Positions 15,575-27,271 of a stretch of 64,000 nt of DNA are shown here, in pieces. The notes beneath the pieces are model-generated. The model saw only the letters and a program-made list of their open reading frames with translations, searched no databases and was not told where the DNA came from. Made by a program: the position numbers and the translations under genes. Each line of letters begins with the position of its first letter. Within the stretch, counting starts at the first letter, position 1. This DNA is from Eledone cirrhosa (lineage: Eukaryota). The stretch spans positions 381,858,001 through 381,922,000 of the forward strand of contig OZ024740.1 in assembly GCA_964016885.1 (NCBI GenBank), written 5' to 3'.

Positions 15575-15968
15575 TGGGAGAACAGGATTGGCTGTGTAGT
15601 TGCTAGTTAACCTAGCTTAAAATGGAATGAGAATAAGTTGAAAGCAAGAAGAGGGGGGGGGGCTCATCAGTTGTCTACTGGGGGTCTCAGATATTTCAAC
15701 GCTTTAATGACAAGATATCTACCCACAGCGCGTTTAATAACTGGGTAAGTTATTGAGAAAACGGAGTATAGGGGGGAAGAAAAATAGAAGGGAAAAGGGA
15801 AAAGAGAAAACAGCGAAAAACAACAACAAACCGAGCAATGTGCGAGCAACTTAAGGTAAGATACCTCGTCTTTAAAGCGTTGAAATAACCGAGACCCCCA
15901 GTAGACAACTGATGAGAAACACTCCCCCCCCCCGTTCTCGCTTTCTTCTTATTCTCATTCCATTTTAC
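15575..15968. mobile_element. Fold-back element in (TA)n (family B), carrying the permuted hammerhead-like motif
   Basis: 15619-15723 is inverted (diverged) at 15855-15967. (TA)n flanks. Confidence 0.8.
15663..15733 (-). ncRNA. Permuted hammerhead-like motif, second family (decayed partial copy 15855-15916, +)
   Basis: acgc-g-ctgtggg-t-agata-TC-ttgtcat-taaa-gcgt-t-GAAA-tatct-gaga-cccccag-tagacaa-CTGATGA-g. Same 71-nt length and order as 2176-2246, with compensatory helix changes. Confidence 0.65.
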
Positions 15969-15989
15969 TATATATATATATATATGTAT

Positions 15990-16126
15990 AGTAATAATAA
16001 TAATAAATGTGAAAACTAAAATCCAAAACGGGCTCGATAAGGATAAATATATCAAATATATAGGAACGCTAGAGCAAATATTTAAGGGTGAAAGCAGCGA
16101 TTCTTTGCTTAAACTTTAATCTGTTA

Positions 16127-16132
<6 letters not shown>
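15990..16132. mobile_element. Short (TA)n-inserted family J; copies at 35025-35141, 43350-43546 and 57630-57760
   Basis: Shared gggctcgataaggataaatatatcaaa...agagcaaatattta and inverted gggtgaaagcagcgattctttgcttaaactttaatctgttattttaa. Confidence 0.8.
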
Positions 16133-16164
<32 letters not shown>

Positions 16165-16171
<7 letters not shown>

Positions 16172-16694
16172 AGATCAAAAGATGGTTAAAAGAGTTCCAA
16201 GTATTTTATTATGCGCATTTCAAAAACAAATATCATCATGGGATGATATTTGCGTTCTCATCAGATAAAATAGGGAGACATGATATGAAGCTTAAAAAAC
16301 ACTTGCGAGCAGTGAAGTGTTAAATCAACATATGAAAAATAAAGAAAGATGGATATATCAGATTGGGAAAAGAAGGAGGGGGTAGGAAAAGGTAAGGAAG
16401 AGGAAGAAAGAAAGTAAACGATGACGGGGAGGAGTATAAGAAGGAAGGATGATTTAACTCTTCACTGCTCGCAAGTGTTTTTTAAGCTTCATATCATGTC
16501 TCCCTATTTTATCTGATGAGAACGCAAGTATCATCCCATGATGATATTTGTTTTTGAAATGCGCATAATAAAATACTTGGAACTCTTTTAACCCTCTTTT
16601 GATCTTATATTATTTATACTCCAGTCCTATAAACAGTGGAGTGCTACTTATCCGACATTTGCATTGTTTTATGGTGCTACAATAAAACTCACCT

Positions 16695-16697
<3 letters not shown>
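16165..16697. mobile_element. Fold-back element in (TA)n with an intact type I hammerhead in both arms
   Basis: 16165-16323 is inverted at 16453-16613. HHR tattttat-CTGATGA-gaacgcaagtatcat..atgatatttgttttt-GAAA-tgcgca-TA-ataaaata at 16505-16575 (+) and 16202-16272 (-). Confidence 0.85.
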
Positions 16698-16728
<31 letters not shown>

Positions 16729-16731
<3 letters not shown>

Positions 16732-17714
16732 GTTATTGGATGTCTAAAAATACGGACGAAACCATGGTAGAGATATAATTACGGTATGTACGCACTTCTT
16801 CTAAGTTTGAATTTACACCTAATTGTGTATGGTTGACGGTATATTTGGTCAATTTCTACATGCTGTTGAAATGTTGGATAAATACTCTATCGGGGCCACC
16901 ACGAAGAGGCCGCTTTCGGTTATTTGTCGGAAATTTCTTCATAGGAGCCTTTATTCTTATAGCCTGGTCTAATTGATTTTTTATATGGAAAATTATGCTA
17001 ATTGGGAGAGGAAATGGTATATATTTTATCTAATAATTCTAAAGACATGATTTATGATATATTGCTCTGATTATTTAATTTATTAATTCTTCATTGAGCC
17101 ACAACGTGACCGGTTGCATTATATATATCTATGACTTTATGTTTATGTATACGTAAATCTCTATATTTAATAATCTCCCGTTAGGTTGAGATACAATTGG
17201 GCGATATTGGGCTGCGCTTTCTAACAACAAGCCTACCCGCCGTAAGCAACTAATCACATTCTTTCTAACTTGACCACTGCCACGTCACGATTCTTAGCCA
17301 TTTTTTAATCTATTTTTGGCGCGATCACTTTGGAATATTAAATGTCTAATTTCGAGTTCACTCCTGATGGGTCCGATACTCTGGACATATCCTGTTATTG
17401 GATGTCTAAAAATACGAACGAAACCATGGTAGAGATATAATTACGGTATGTACGCATTTCTTCTAAGTTTGAATTTACACCTAATTGTGTATAGTTGACG
17501 GTATATTTGGTCAATTTCTACATGCTGTTGAAATGTTGGATAAATACTTTATCGGGGCCACCGCGAAGAGGCCGCTTTCGGTTATTTGTCGGAAATTTCT
17601 TCACAGGAGCCTTTATTCTTACAGTTTGGTCTAATTGGTTTTTTATATGGTTAATTATGCTAATTGTGAGAGGAAATGGTATATATTTTATCTATTAATT
17701 CTAGACATGATTTA

Positions 17715-17720
<6 letters not shown>
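16729..17720 (+). mobile_element. Direct partial tandem (pLTR-like) element in (TA)n, period ~661 bp, with hammerhead
   Basis: 16730-17060 is repeated at 17391-17720. HHR ctc-CTGATGG-gtccg...cg(g/a)ac-GAAA-ccatgg-TA-gag at 17361-17434 (A9G). Confidence 0.8.
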
Positions 17721-17771
<51 letters not shown>

Positions 17772-18049
17772 TAGATATATATAAAATAATATATATAGAT
17801 AAAATAAAACAAGGACGAGTGGTGGTTACTCCTTCATTACGTTTATTGGTTGGTGACGCGCGCTTCGCTATTGATTTGCTCAAATTCCGATTTGTATCGA
17901 TCTAGCCCGATATATGCATGGCTAAATCTTTAGAAAATCATTTCAAAATAGGGATCATACACGACAAAGAGAATGGAAAAAAAATAATCAACGGAAAGAC
18001 GGACAGTCCCATCTCCTCGGTCAACCTCTGGAAATAAGTATGGCTTCAG

Positions 18050-18195
18050 TTCATTAAGGTCAATACCATTTATTCCTGTGCACATTTGGACATGCCCAAA
18101 CAGGTAGACAGATATTATGCGTTGTCCATGCTTCACATCCATATAACAAGGCTGTAAGTACAAATAACTCATACACTGAGAGCAGACAGACTTAT
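18050..18195 (-). mobile_element. Very degraded RTE-like LINE fragment
   Basis: Minus strand reads ...TALLYGCEAWTT, similar to the RTE LLYGCETW motif. Confidence 0.45.
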
Positions 18196-18223
18196 CAAGC
18201 TTCCAGAAGGTAAGAATCGCTAA

Positions 18224-18384
18224 AGAAGGAGGAGGATGAGGAGGATGAGGAGGATGAGGAGGAGGAGGATGAGGATGAGAAGAAGAAGAAGAAGAAGAAG
18301 AAGAAGAAGAAGAAGAAGAAGAAGAAGAAGAAGAAGAAGAAGAAGAAGAAGAAGAAGAAGAAGAAGAAGAAGAAGAAGAAGAGG
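18224..18384. repeat. (GGA/GAT)n-(GAA)n microsatellite
   Basis: Direct reading. Confidence 0.95.
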
Positions 18385-18828
18385 ACTGGTAGCAGATATG
18401 GGGACGCTATTGTCAAGAAATGCTGAAGAAAAGTAGCTGTATAACAATTAGTTGGTTTCTTCATCGTTTATAGCTATTTCATATGGGATATGTTTTTTAA
18501 GGCCCAAACATGAATGAAAGGATGTATAAAGGATGACTTTGATTTTGGATTCCTTTCAGGAAGGTTCTTCGCAGCTTTGAGTAAAATATATGAATACTGT
18601 AGAAGGTTTCGAACCTCATCGGAAGTCATACCGTTTCTCTCGCTCTCCAGCTTTCAACGATATCGATAAATAATGTTTAGAGGCAGCCAGTTTTCCATTA
18701 CGACTGAAAAAGGTGACACTAGACTGTGGAAAGTGTAAAGACCAATCACTATCGTAATCTTTGCAATCGAGGTGGTAATTCTTTTCTCCACTGGTGACCT
18801 GTCAAATTATTGTTGGCACACACACACA

Positions 18829-18867
<39 letters not shown>

Positions 18868-20509
18868 GAAATCTTGGGGCAGAAACATCTGACTTTCTAG
18901 GTTTTCGAACCATCTGCATTCTCTGCTCAAACGGGATAAAAAGAGCCATACACAAGTACGAGCTCCGTGACACAAACTGGTACTTTTAGCGCATCTCTCA
19001 CGTCATTCTTTGGTAAGCATCGAAATATTGTAATCTCGTATATAAATTGTTTGTAATACTTGAGAGCTTTTGACTAAAGTTATAACATAATAAAGAAAAA
19101 TGCTACGTTTTCTATCTAATAATATTTCTACTAACAGTTTTACACACTTTTTACGTTGGACTTATGTACTATCAGTTTTGCAGGACAACTAAATTTAAAA
19201 GAATTACGAATCTTAGAATTACTACCTTCGCTACAGGTAAGAAAGTTAATATTTCCCTTTATATTAAATGTATTAATACATAATAAATATTTGTTATTCC
19301 CTTATTTTCAATGAGTTTATAATATTAGATGTATCTTAATCAACATAACGTTAAATTTCCTCTACATTAAATATGCGTCCTGGTAATAATCTTCTAGTAG
19401 TGTGAATACAATTGTTTTACCATGCGTAATGTTTTGAAATAATCAACTAGTATTTAGAGCATCGATTAACGTAATATAGTAACATTCATTATTCATAATA
19501 AATATATTAAAGCATGGTAACATTTTATTGTAAATAATAATTTATCATAATTCTCTACAATATTTCTGTAAATTTTAATCGGCTGTTAATATTCTAGATA
19601 ACGTAATTAAGTTACACATTCTAAGCTTTGATTATGTTTATACATGATTATGTTTTACAAGTATACTTCAAAATTAATACTGCAATCATTAATATAATTT
19701 CTAATATCATATCTACAAGTGGTCTTTTCTTATTTGATATATTTTATATTTTGGAGTGGAAGATCTTGATTTTTCTTTTCTTTTTTTTACTTCTTTATTT
19801 GTTTTCAATTTTTATTTCTCCAATATATATATTAAATGGTCTAGACAGTTTGTTAACACAACGCCTATAATAACGGTCTATAACTAACAGTTTGTTGTTT
19901 ACCATTTATCCTACATCTGCTGTTGGCATGTCACTATAAAGACAGATTTGCTATAATGAGACCCAATATTAGTTTTCTCCAGTGATGCCAAAATAATTAT
20001 TAATAATTGAGTTTCTGATTTGATTATAATATTCAAAATATAATAATTTTATATAGAGAGTTTTAATGGCTTTTTTAGCAATTTTGTTTTTATTTTACTG
20101 AAATATGTGTGAGGAATTAAATGATTCAATTCCATCTTTGTCCTTTATTACATTATTAGGTTTGTTCTCTGCACAACAACATGCATACAACTTCTCGAAT
20201 TTATTTGCATTAGAATTGATTCTTAAGGAAATTTACGAAACATACTCCTGAAGGAAACGAAATCATATAACGGGTACGAAGAGAATGTCCGCTTTCCCCC
20301 TAGAAAATCTTCCAAATATTGGTCGCTAAACAACCACATATAAAAAAAGAGCAAGAACTTAACGACCTAGTCGGTGGGCACAAGCCCGCTGACAGGCGAG
20401 GACGGACTGCATAACAAGCAGCGAATTAGCTAGTACATAATCTATGCAAAAAGAAGTACATAATCATATTAAGGTATGGCACCCCTAGCATGTACACTGC
20501 TCTACGTAG

Positions 20510-21843
20510 AGATTAATCACCTAATTTACACAGACGAGAAAAGTATATATTCTCGCCTGTCTTCTAGTCCAGCAGTCGCAAGTGGTGGGAGGGACCGTCC
20601 TGACGAAAGCCAGTTAAGCCTGAAATGCATAGACGGTTGGTCCCCTTGCTTCTGCTGGACATCACCAGAGGGCGTTAGTCCCCCAGTGTTTGCATAGCTA
20701 TGGCTTCCTAAATCCGTATTTCTTTGGAGATACGAAATATTTATACACATTATATAAAGCTATGCTTGAAGCGAAATCCTATTTCTTTTATATATATATA
20801 AATATTTCGTATCTCCAAAGAAATACAGTTTTAGGAAGCCGTAGCTATGCAAACACCGGGGGGCTAACGCTCTCTGGTGATGTCCAGCAGAAGCAAGGGG
20901 GACAACCGTCTATGCATTTCAGGCTTAACTGGCCTTCGTCAGGACGGTCCCTCCCACCACTTGCGGCTGCTGGACTAGAAGACAGACGAGAACATATAGT
21001 TTTCTCGTCTGTGTAAATGAGGTGATTAATCTCATTTGATATGATGCTGCTTAAGTTGGCTCAACTTATAATAAAAAAGAAATAGGATTTCGCTTCAAGC
21101 ATAGCTTTATACAATATATTCGGACCGTCCTGACGAAGGCCAGTTAAGCCTGAAATGCATAGACGGTTGTCCCCGTTGCTTCTGCTGGACATCACCAGAG
21201 GGCCTTAGCCTCCCAGTGTTTGCATAGCTACGGCTTCCTAAATCCGTATTTCTTTGGAGATACGAAATATTTATACACATTATATAAAGCTATGCTTGAA
21301 GCGAAATCCTATTTCTTTTATATATATATAAATATTTCGTATCTCCAAAGAAATACAGTTTTAGGAAGCCGTAGCTATGCAAACACCGGGGGGCTAACGC
21401 TCTCTGGTGATGTCCAGCAGAAGCAAGGGGGACAACCGTCTATGCATTTCAGGCTTAACTGGCCTTCGTCAGGACGGTCCCTCCCACCACTTGCGGCTGC
21501 TGGACTAGAAGACAGACGAGAACATATAGTTTTCTCGTCTGTGTAAATGAGGTGATTAATCTCATTTGATATGAAGCTGCTTAAGTTGGCTCAACTTATA
21601 ATAAAAAAGAAATAGGATTTCGCTTCAAGCATAGCTTTATACAATATATTCGGACCGTCCTGACGAAGGCCAGTTAAGCCTGAAATGCATAGACGGTTGT
21701 CCCCGTTGCTTCTGCTGGACATCACCAGAGGGCGTTAGCCTCCCAGTGTTTGCATAGCTACGGCTTCCTAAATCCGTATTTCTTTGGAGATACGAAATAT
21801 TTATACACATTATATAAAGCTATGCTTGAAGCGAAATCCTATT

Positions 21844-21905
<62 letters not shown>

Positions 21906-21972
21906 CGTATCTCCAAAGAAATACAGTTTTTGGAAGCCGTAGCTATACAAACACCTTTGGAGATACGAAATA
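20510..21972. repeat. 530-bp-period array of alternating inverted units carrying five hammerhead motifs
   Basis: accgtc-CTGACGA-aggc(cagttaa)gcct-GAAA-tgca-TA-gacggt at 20594-20637, 21124-21167, 21654-21697 (+) and 20905-20948, 21435-21478 (-). The identical 108-aa ORFs 530 bp apart reflect the period. Confidence 0.9.
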
Positions 21973-22248
21973 TATACAAATATATAAATATATACATATA
22001 TTTCTCTGTGAGTGTGTGTGTATATATGCATGCGTATGTATATATATATATAATAACGAAGGGGGAATCAGTGATGCATCATATCACATTTATTAACATA
22101 TTACATATGTTTCTCCGTCGATTAGTTCGAGGCGAGATCTGTTACAGATCGAACCTGACTCTGCATTTGAAGGATCTTATATATATATTTCGTTTCTGAA
22201 TTTCTTTAGCAAGATTATTTATCTGAAAACCTGTGTTGAAGCCGATAT

Positions 22249-22455
22249 TGTTATACTTTGGGAGGGTCATGTTGCCAATAAGAAACACACGCATCAGCCG
22301 CTTTCACTCCAATTTATTATAAATTAAAAAATTTCTTTTAAAATATATCTTTTTTTTTAAAACATTTTTTAAAAGAAATTTTTTAATTGATAATAAATTG
22401 GAGTGAAAGCGGCTGATGCGTATGTTTCTTATTGGCAGCATGACCCTCCAAAGTA

Positions 22456-22460
<5 letters not shown>
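22249..22460. mobile_element. Mini fold-back related to the PLE3 terminus
   Basis: 22250-22345 is inverted at 22366-22459. Shares gttatactt(t/g)gggagggtcat with 29310-29331 and 32382-32403. Confidence 0.7.
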
Positions 22461-22542
<82 letters not shown>

Positions 22543-23595
22543 AGTATTTCCGTCAGAAAGGTACAGGACAAAAGAGTGCTCTATGTAGGCTACAGAGCTG
22601 TTAGTTATGTAATAAACAACATAAGATAATTATTTTATTTACCAGTGGTTTCTTGAAGACAGATATTGTGTCTGTCTTCAGTCGTCAGACTGAATAAAAA
22701 ACATGGTGTATTTATTAAATATGGATTTGAAAACAAAATTTTGGAAATATGAAAATGAGGCTGCAAAAACGGGCGAAAAGGAAAAAGGGGAAAAAATAAA
22801 TATATATATAGAAAAATATAAATATCCAGAACGTAAACATACACACACTCAACTACGCCCATATACCAAAAAGTACATAGACGGATACTTTCTGACATAA
22901 GCGTATTTGCGTCTACATAGAAAAACGGACAGGAACATAAATACATACACATACATATACACAGATATATATGCACTCAAAAATGTACACACAAATATGG
23001 ACAGTAGTTAGGAAACAGGAATAACTAAATAAATAAATAAGAACAAAAAATACAAAAAATATGTATATATATATATACCCATGGGGTGTAATTTGGAGTT
23101 ACTGCAGGTTCACCCGAGAGAGTACTGGATGTTTAGGTTCACTTCTGTGATGATGCAGTCTTATAGCATTTTAAAGGGTCCGTCGAGCTGCCGATCATTG
23201 AGTCGAGTAGGATCGATACTGATCGAACCGTGAGCTGATCAGTGGCGAAACGCGCGTCACCTACCAATAAATGTAATGAAGGAGTAACCAATCGTCGTTG
23301 TTAACCTTTCAATATATATATGTATATTCATTAGTTAAGCAAAACAAGACCACAAATTTCACAAGGAAGACATTATTAAAAGATTGTCAACATATTTTAG
23401 TTTGATGTAAGGAATGTAGAGAATAATAATAATAATATTAATAATAATACTGTCCGTTTACAATTGTTTCGCTACTCCATATAATATTTCTGGATCAGAT
23501 GACTATATATCATAATTGATCTGGTTCAGTTGAAAATAATTAACATATTTAAAGAACAGGGCGGCTCATCGGAACTTAAAAGGAATATAAATTAA

Positions 23596-23776
23596 AATAA
23601 TTGTTTCTACTTTTGGCACAAGGCCAGCAATTACCCAGTGCATTACTGGTACTTTATTTTATCGACCCCGTAGGGATGAAAGGAAAAGTTAACCTGAGCG
23701 GGATTTGAACTCAGAATGGCAAGGGCCGAAACTCTATGCGTCAAAGCATGGCGTCCGACCCTATACCGATACTGCC
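23596..23776 (-). mobile_element. tRNA-derived SINE family 1 nested in the PLE2 inverted arm
   Basis: Similar to 6004-6196. Absent from the mirror arm at ~26550-26565. Confidence 0.85.
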
Positions 23777-23889
23777 GAGAGAATGTTACATAATATAATG
23801 TTCCATATATTGGTTTTCCACTATGGTGTCTTGTTTGCATCAGTATACTTGAGCTCCTATAGTTTAGCTATTTACTGTTAGAAGTCACC

Positions 23890-26203
23890 ATGTTGAGCAA
23901 GCAGGAACTCAGAATCTCACTTAAGTCCATGCCTAACCCGGACAGGAAGACATACCTCAAACTCCTAATACAGAGTGTCAACTCTTTCATCCGAAGAATA
24001 ATATGGAAAGCGTTCCACTTTGACCATGCGGTTGCTGCTGACGCCGGAAGTACAGCAAATAGATATGGATTTACCACCTGCAAGAACCCCCCACACACCA
24101 TCCTGCTGGACCCTTTTGAGAAAGATCTATTCAACTTCCTCAGGAGCATTAAATTCAAAAATCATTATAGACACAAAAATAATTTCCTCACTAAATTAGC
24201 AACAACTATAAAAACATTTAAAGATAGCCACCTCTTACATGTTATGTCTGACAAAACTAAAAATCAATACACCATGACTCCTGAAACTTACAACTCTTTC
24301 CTTCTTAAATAACTCAATAAAAACTATAAAAAAACTATACCCTCCAGTGTAAACGTACTTAACCGAAAAGCCCAGGCTTTGGTTAAGGACTTGCATCTGG
24401 ATAGATTTACCCACCCTTATGTACCAACAACCCCAAGGATCATAAGCCAAACTTTATAGAGAACCCATCTATTAGACTTATAAGCCCGACCACATCCGAC
24501 CTGGGCCGTATCAGTAAGAACATCCTTGATAGGATAATCCATGGGCTACGGGATGATATCACCTACAAGTTGTGGTCCAACACCGGCCAAGTAATTAGAT
24601 GGTTCTCCGATCTCAGGTCCAAGCAATCTATGAGGTTCATCCAATTTGACATCGACAGCTATTACGCATCAATAACCCCGGAACTGCTCAACAAAGCATT
24701 AACCCTAGCCAGCACCAACTCGGACATAACCAATAATGAGATTAACATCATACTTATGGCTAGGCAGACTATCATTGAATTCAACGGAGCACGCTGGACT
24801 AGAAAAGATAGAACAGACAACTTTGACATCACGATGGGCTCAAGTGACTCTGCGCAAATCACCGATTTAGTTGGAATTTACCTATTACATAACATCAGAG
24901 CCGAAATCCAACCCTTGCAAGGCGGAATATACAGAGACGACGCCCTATTTGCAGTCCACAATTGCACTAATCGGGGCATTGATTTGCTAAAAAACAATTA
25001 CATAGATTCTTTTAAAATAACGGTCTCTCTATCACCAACGAGCCGAACCATAAAGTAGTAAACTTCCTAGACGTCACCCTGGATCTCAACAATAACCTAT
25101 ATTACCCTTACCATAAACCAGGTGAAATACTCACATATATTAGCTCACACTCTAACCACCCACCGGCAGTCATCGGAGCAGTAATCAAATCTATCTCGTA
25201 TAGGATCTCAATGCTATCAGCAAATGAGGAGATATTTATAAACCATGCACAATATTATAATAAGGCTCTTTCTGAATCTGGTTATGAACAATCAACCCTA
25301 GAATAGGAATGAGAAATGGGATTACAAATAACAAATCCCCAGGTAATAATAACCCTAGGAAGTCCCTTACCAACTCCACTAGAACCCCTAGAAGGAATAG
25401 ACCTAGAAATATCACCTGGCTTTACCCCCCCCCCCCCATTCTCATCTAATCTAGCCACTAATATCCCTAAACGCTTCTTCTCTATCCTATCTAAACATTT
25501 TCCCCCAACCATAGATATTACAAACTCTTTAATAAAAATAACATTAAAATCTCATTCTCCACAACACCTAACCTATCTAGCCACATCGCATTCAGTAACC
25601 ATCATAAACTAAGACAGTATAACTCCCACACCGCGGTACCACCACCCCTATCTAATACACCACGCCACTACACCAATAATTACTCTAGTAGCACACCTCC
25701 CCATCTAATCCTTCTAGCACTAACCTACCGCTTAGGTTAAACTACCCTACTCTCACTAACCGCAGACGCAACTGCAACTGCCGTTACCCTAATGCATGCC
25801 CATTAAATGGACACTGCCTGACACCCAACATAGTCTATAGGTGCACGGTTAAAACTACTTCGAATACCAGCTCTTATATCGGGTCTACCTCTAACCCTTT
25901 TAAGGTACGCTATAACGCGCACTCTTTTTCCTTCCGAGACCCTAGCAATAGATGTTCGATATCGCTAGCTAGGCTCATTAAAAACCTTAAATTAAGCTAC
26001 ATTCAACACTCATTAAAATGGGATATCGTGGCTAGGGCCCAACCGTTCAATAGACGACAAAATCTTGTGATCTCTGTATTACAGAAGCATATTACATAAC
26101 TCTATCACGACCTGTACCGATTAACGATAGAACGGAGGTAACTATTAGCTGTCAACATCGAAGGGCTAATTCCTTCGCCAATAGAATATTTGACCCAACT
26201 TAG
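23890..26203 (+). pseudogene. PLE RT + GIY-YIG endonuclease (frameshifted; Hydra-clade-like CxCx5C linker)
   Basis: SFIRRIIWKAFHF; FIQFDIDSYYASI; FDITMGSSDSAQITD; GGIYRDDAL; NFLDVTLDL; YPYHKP..SNHPP; CNCRYPNACPLNGHCLTPNIVYRCTV...YIGSTSNPFKVRYNAH; CDLC; CQH. The clade assignment is from memory of the motif, not from a search. Confidence 0.9.
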
Positions 26204-26565
26204 TCATCTAGCCCCATTTTTACTTGTAGCTAATAAGTTAAATAGTTATGACTAACTTAGATAATTATAAGTTACCTCCGCTACATTGTTCCTCAATTAA
26301 AACAATTAAAAATTAGCACTTAACTATAAACTACCCACACTTTCTAATCTCTCAAGGAGTTACTTCCCCTGAACCACCCTCTAATTAGTAAGAGAAATAT
26401 GTCCTTTGGCAGCCATCTTGTTACCCATAGGTAGATCTCACACAATGCAGCCTCGACAGATGAATACTGCTTGATTATGGCTGACAACTGATGCAACCAA
26501 GACACCATAGTGAAAAACCAATATATGGAACATTATATTATGTAACATTCTCTCATTATTTTAAT

Positions 26566-26685
26566 GTTCCGATGAGCCACTCTGTTCTTTAAATATGTTA
26601 ATTATTTTCAACTGAACCAGATCAATTATGATATATAGTCATCTGATCCAGAAATATCATATGGAGTAGCGAAAAAATTGTAAAC
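26566..26685 (+). ncRNA. Hammerhead motif with U4C core and long helix II insertion (inverse copy 23456-23575)
   Basis: gtt-CCGATGA-gccactc...[~80 nt]...gagtagc-GAAA-(c/a)aattg-TA-aac, sense to the PLE2 ORF. Confidence 0.7.
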
Positions 26686-27001
26686 GGACAATATTATTGT
26701 TAATATTATTATTATTATTCTCTACATTCCTTACATCAAACTAAAATATGTTGACAATCTTTTAATAATGTCTCCCTTGTGAAATTTGTGGTCTTGTTTT
26801 GCTTAACTAATGAATATTTCCAGCTCTGCGCACATAACTTTTGCATGAACCCAGCCACCTAGCTGCTTTCTCCTGCATATTGCACATTGAGCACATGCCT
26901 TTACGCTTTGGCTTCTAACTAATTCACCAATCTCTCCTCTCATATCTCCTCTCCTATCTCCATCTCTCTCGTTAAGATTGGTTACTCTTGAACTGTGTAT
27001 G

Positions 27002-27043
<42 letters not shown>

Positions 27044-27045
27044 TG

Positions 27046-27234
27046 TAAGAATATTTTCGAAACAGCGAGTTGGTTTGAAATTATTAGAAATGTAAGCTAT
27101 CACCGTATTTTGACTAAAGAAATTAAAGAAATTATTTAGCCTGATAGTGGGGTTACGAACCCTCGGAGAAATGGAAAAAGTTAATACTCATCTTTTTCCA
27201 TTTCTCCGAGGGTTCTTAACCCCACTATCAGGGG

Positions 27235-27237
<3 letters not shown>
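27046..27237. repeat. Short (TA)n-flanked insert with a terminal inverted repeat
   Basis: 27140-27180 is inverted at 27192-27232. Confidence 0.7.

Positions 27238-27271
<34 letters not shown>

Larger units (their letters stand above)
23325..26996 (+). mobile_element. Penelope-like retroelement PLE2: near full length, inverted 5' copy of the 3' repeat, TA-repeat flanks
   Basis: Disrupted ORF 23890-26203. 23325-23844 is the inverse of 26487-26816 plus a nested SINE. Confidence 0.93.

Noticed and set aside
15867-15890. Pistol ribozyme resemblance (UAAAGCGUUGA vs pistol UAAGCGUUGA)
   Set aside because: No P1 hairpin with a complementary pseudoknot loop and no P3 followed by a GU site. The hammerhead core explains the conserved bases better.
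20510-21972. Repeated 108-aa ORF or CRISPR-like array
   Set aside because: The period is 530 bp with no unique spacers and no cas genes, in a eukaryotic context. The ORFs are incidental to the repeat.
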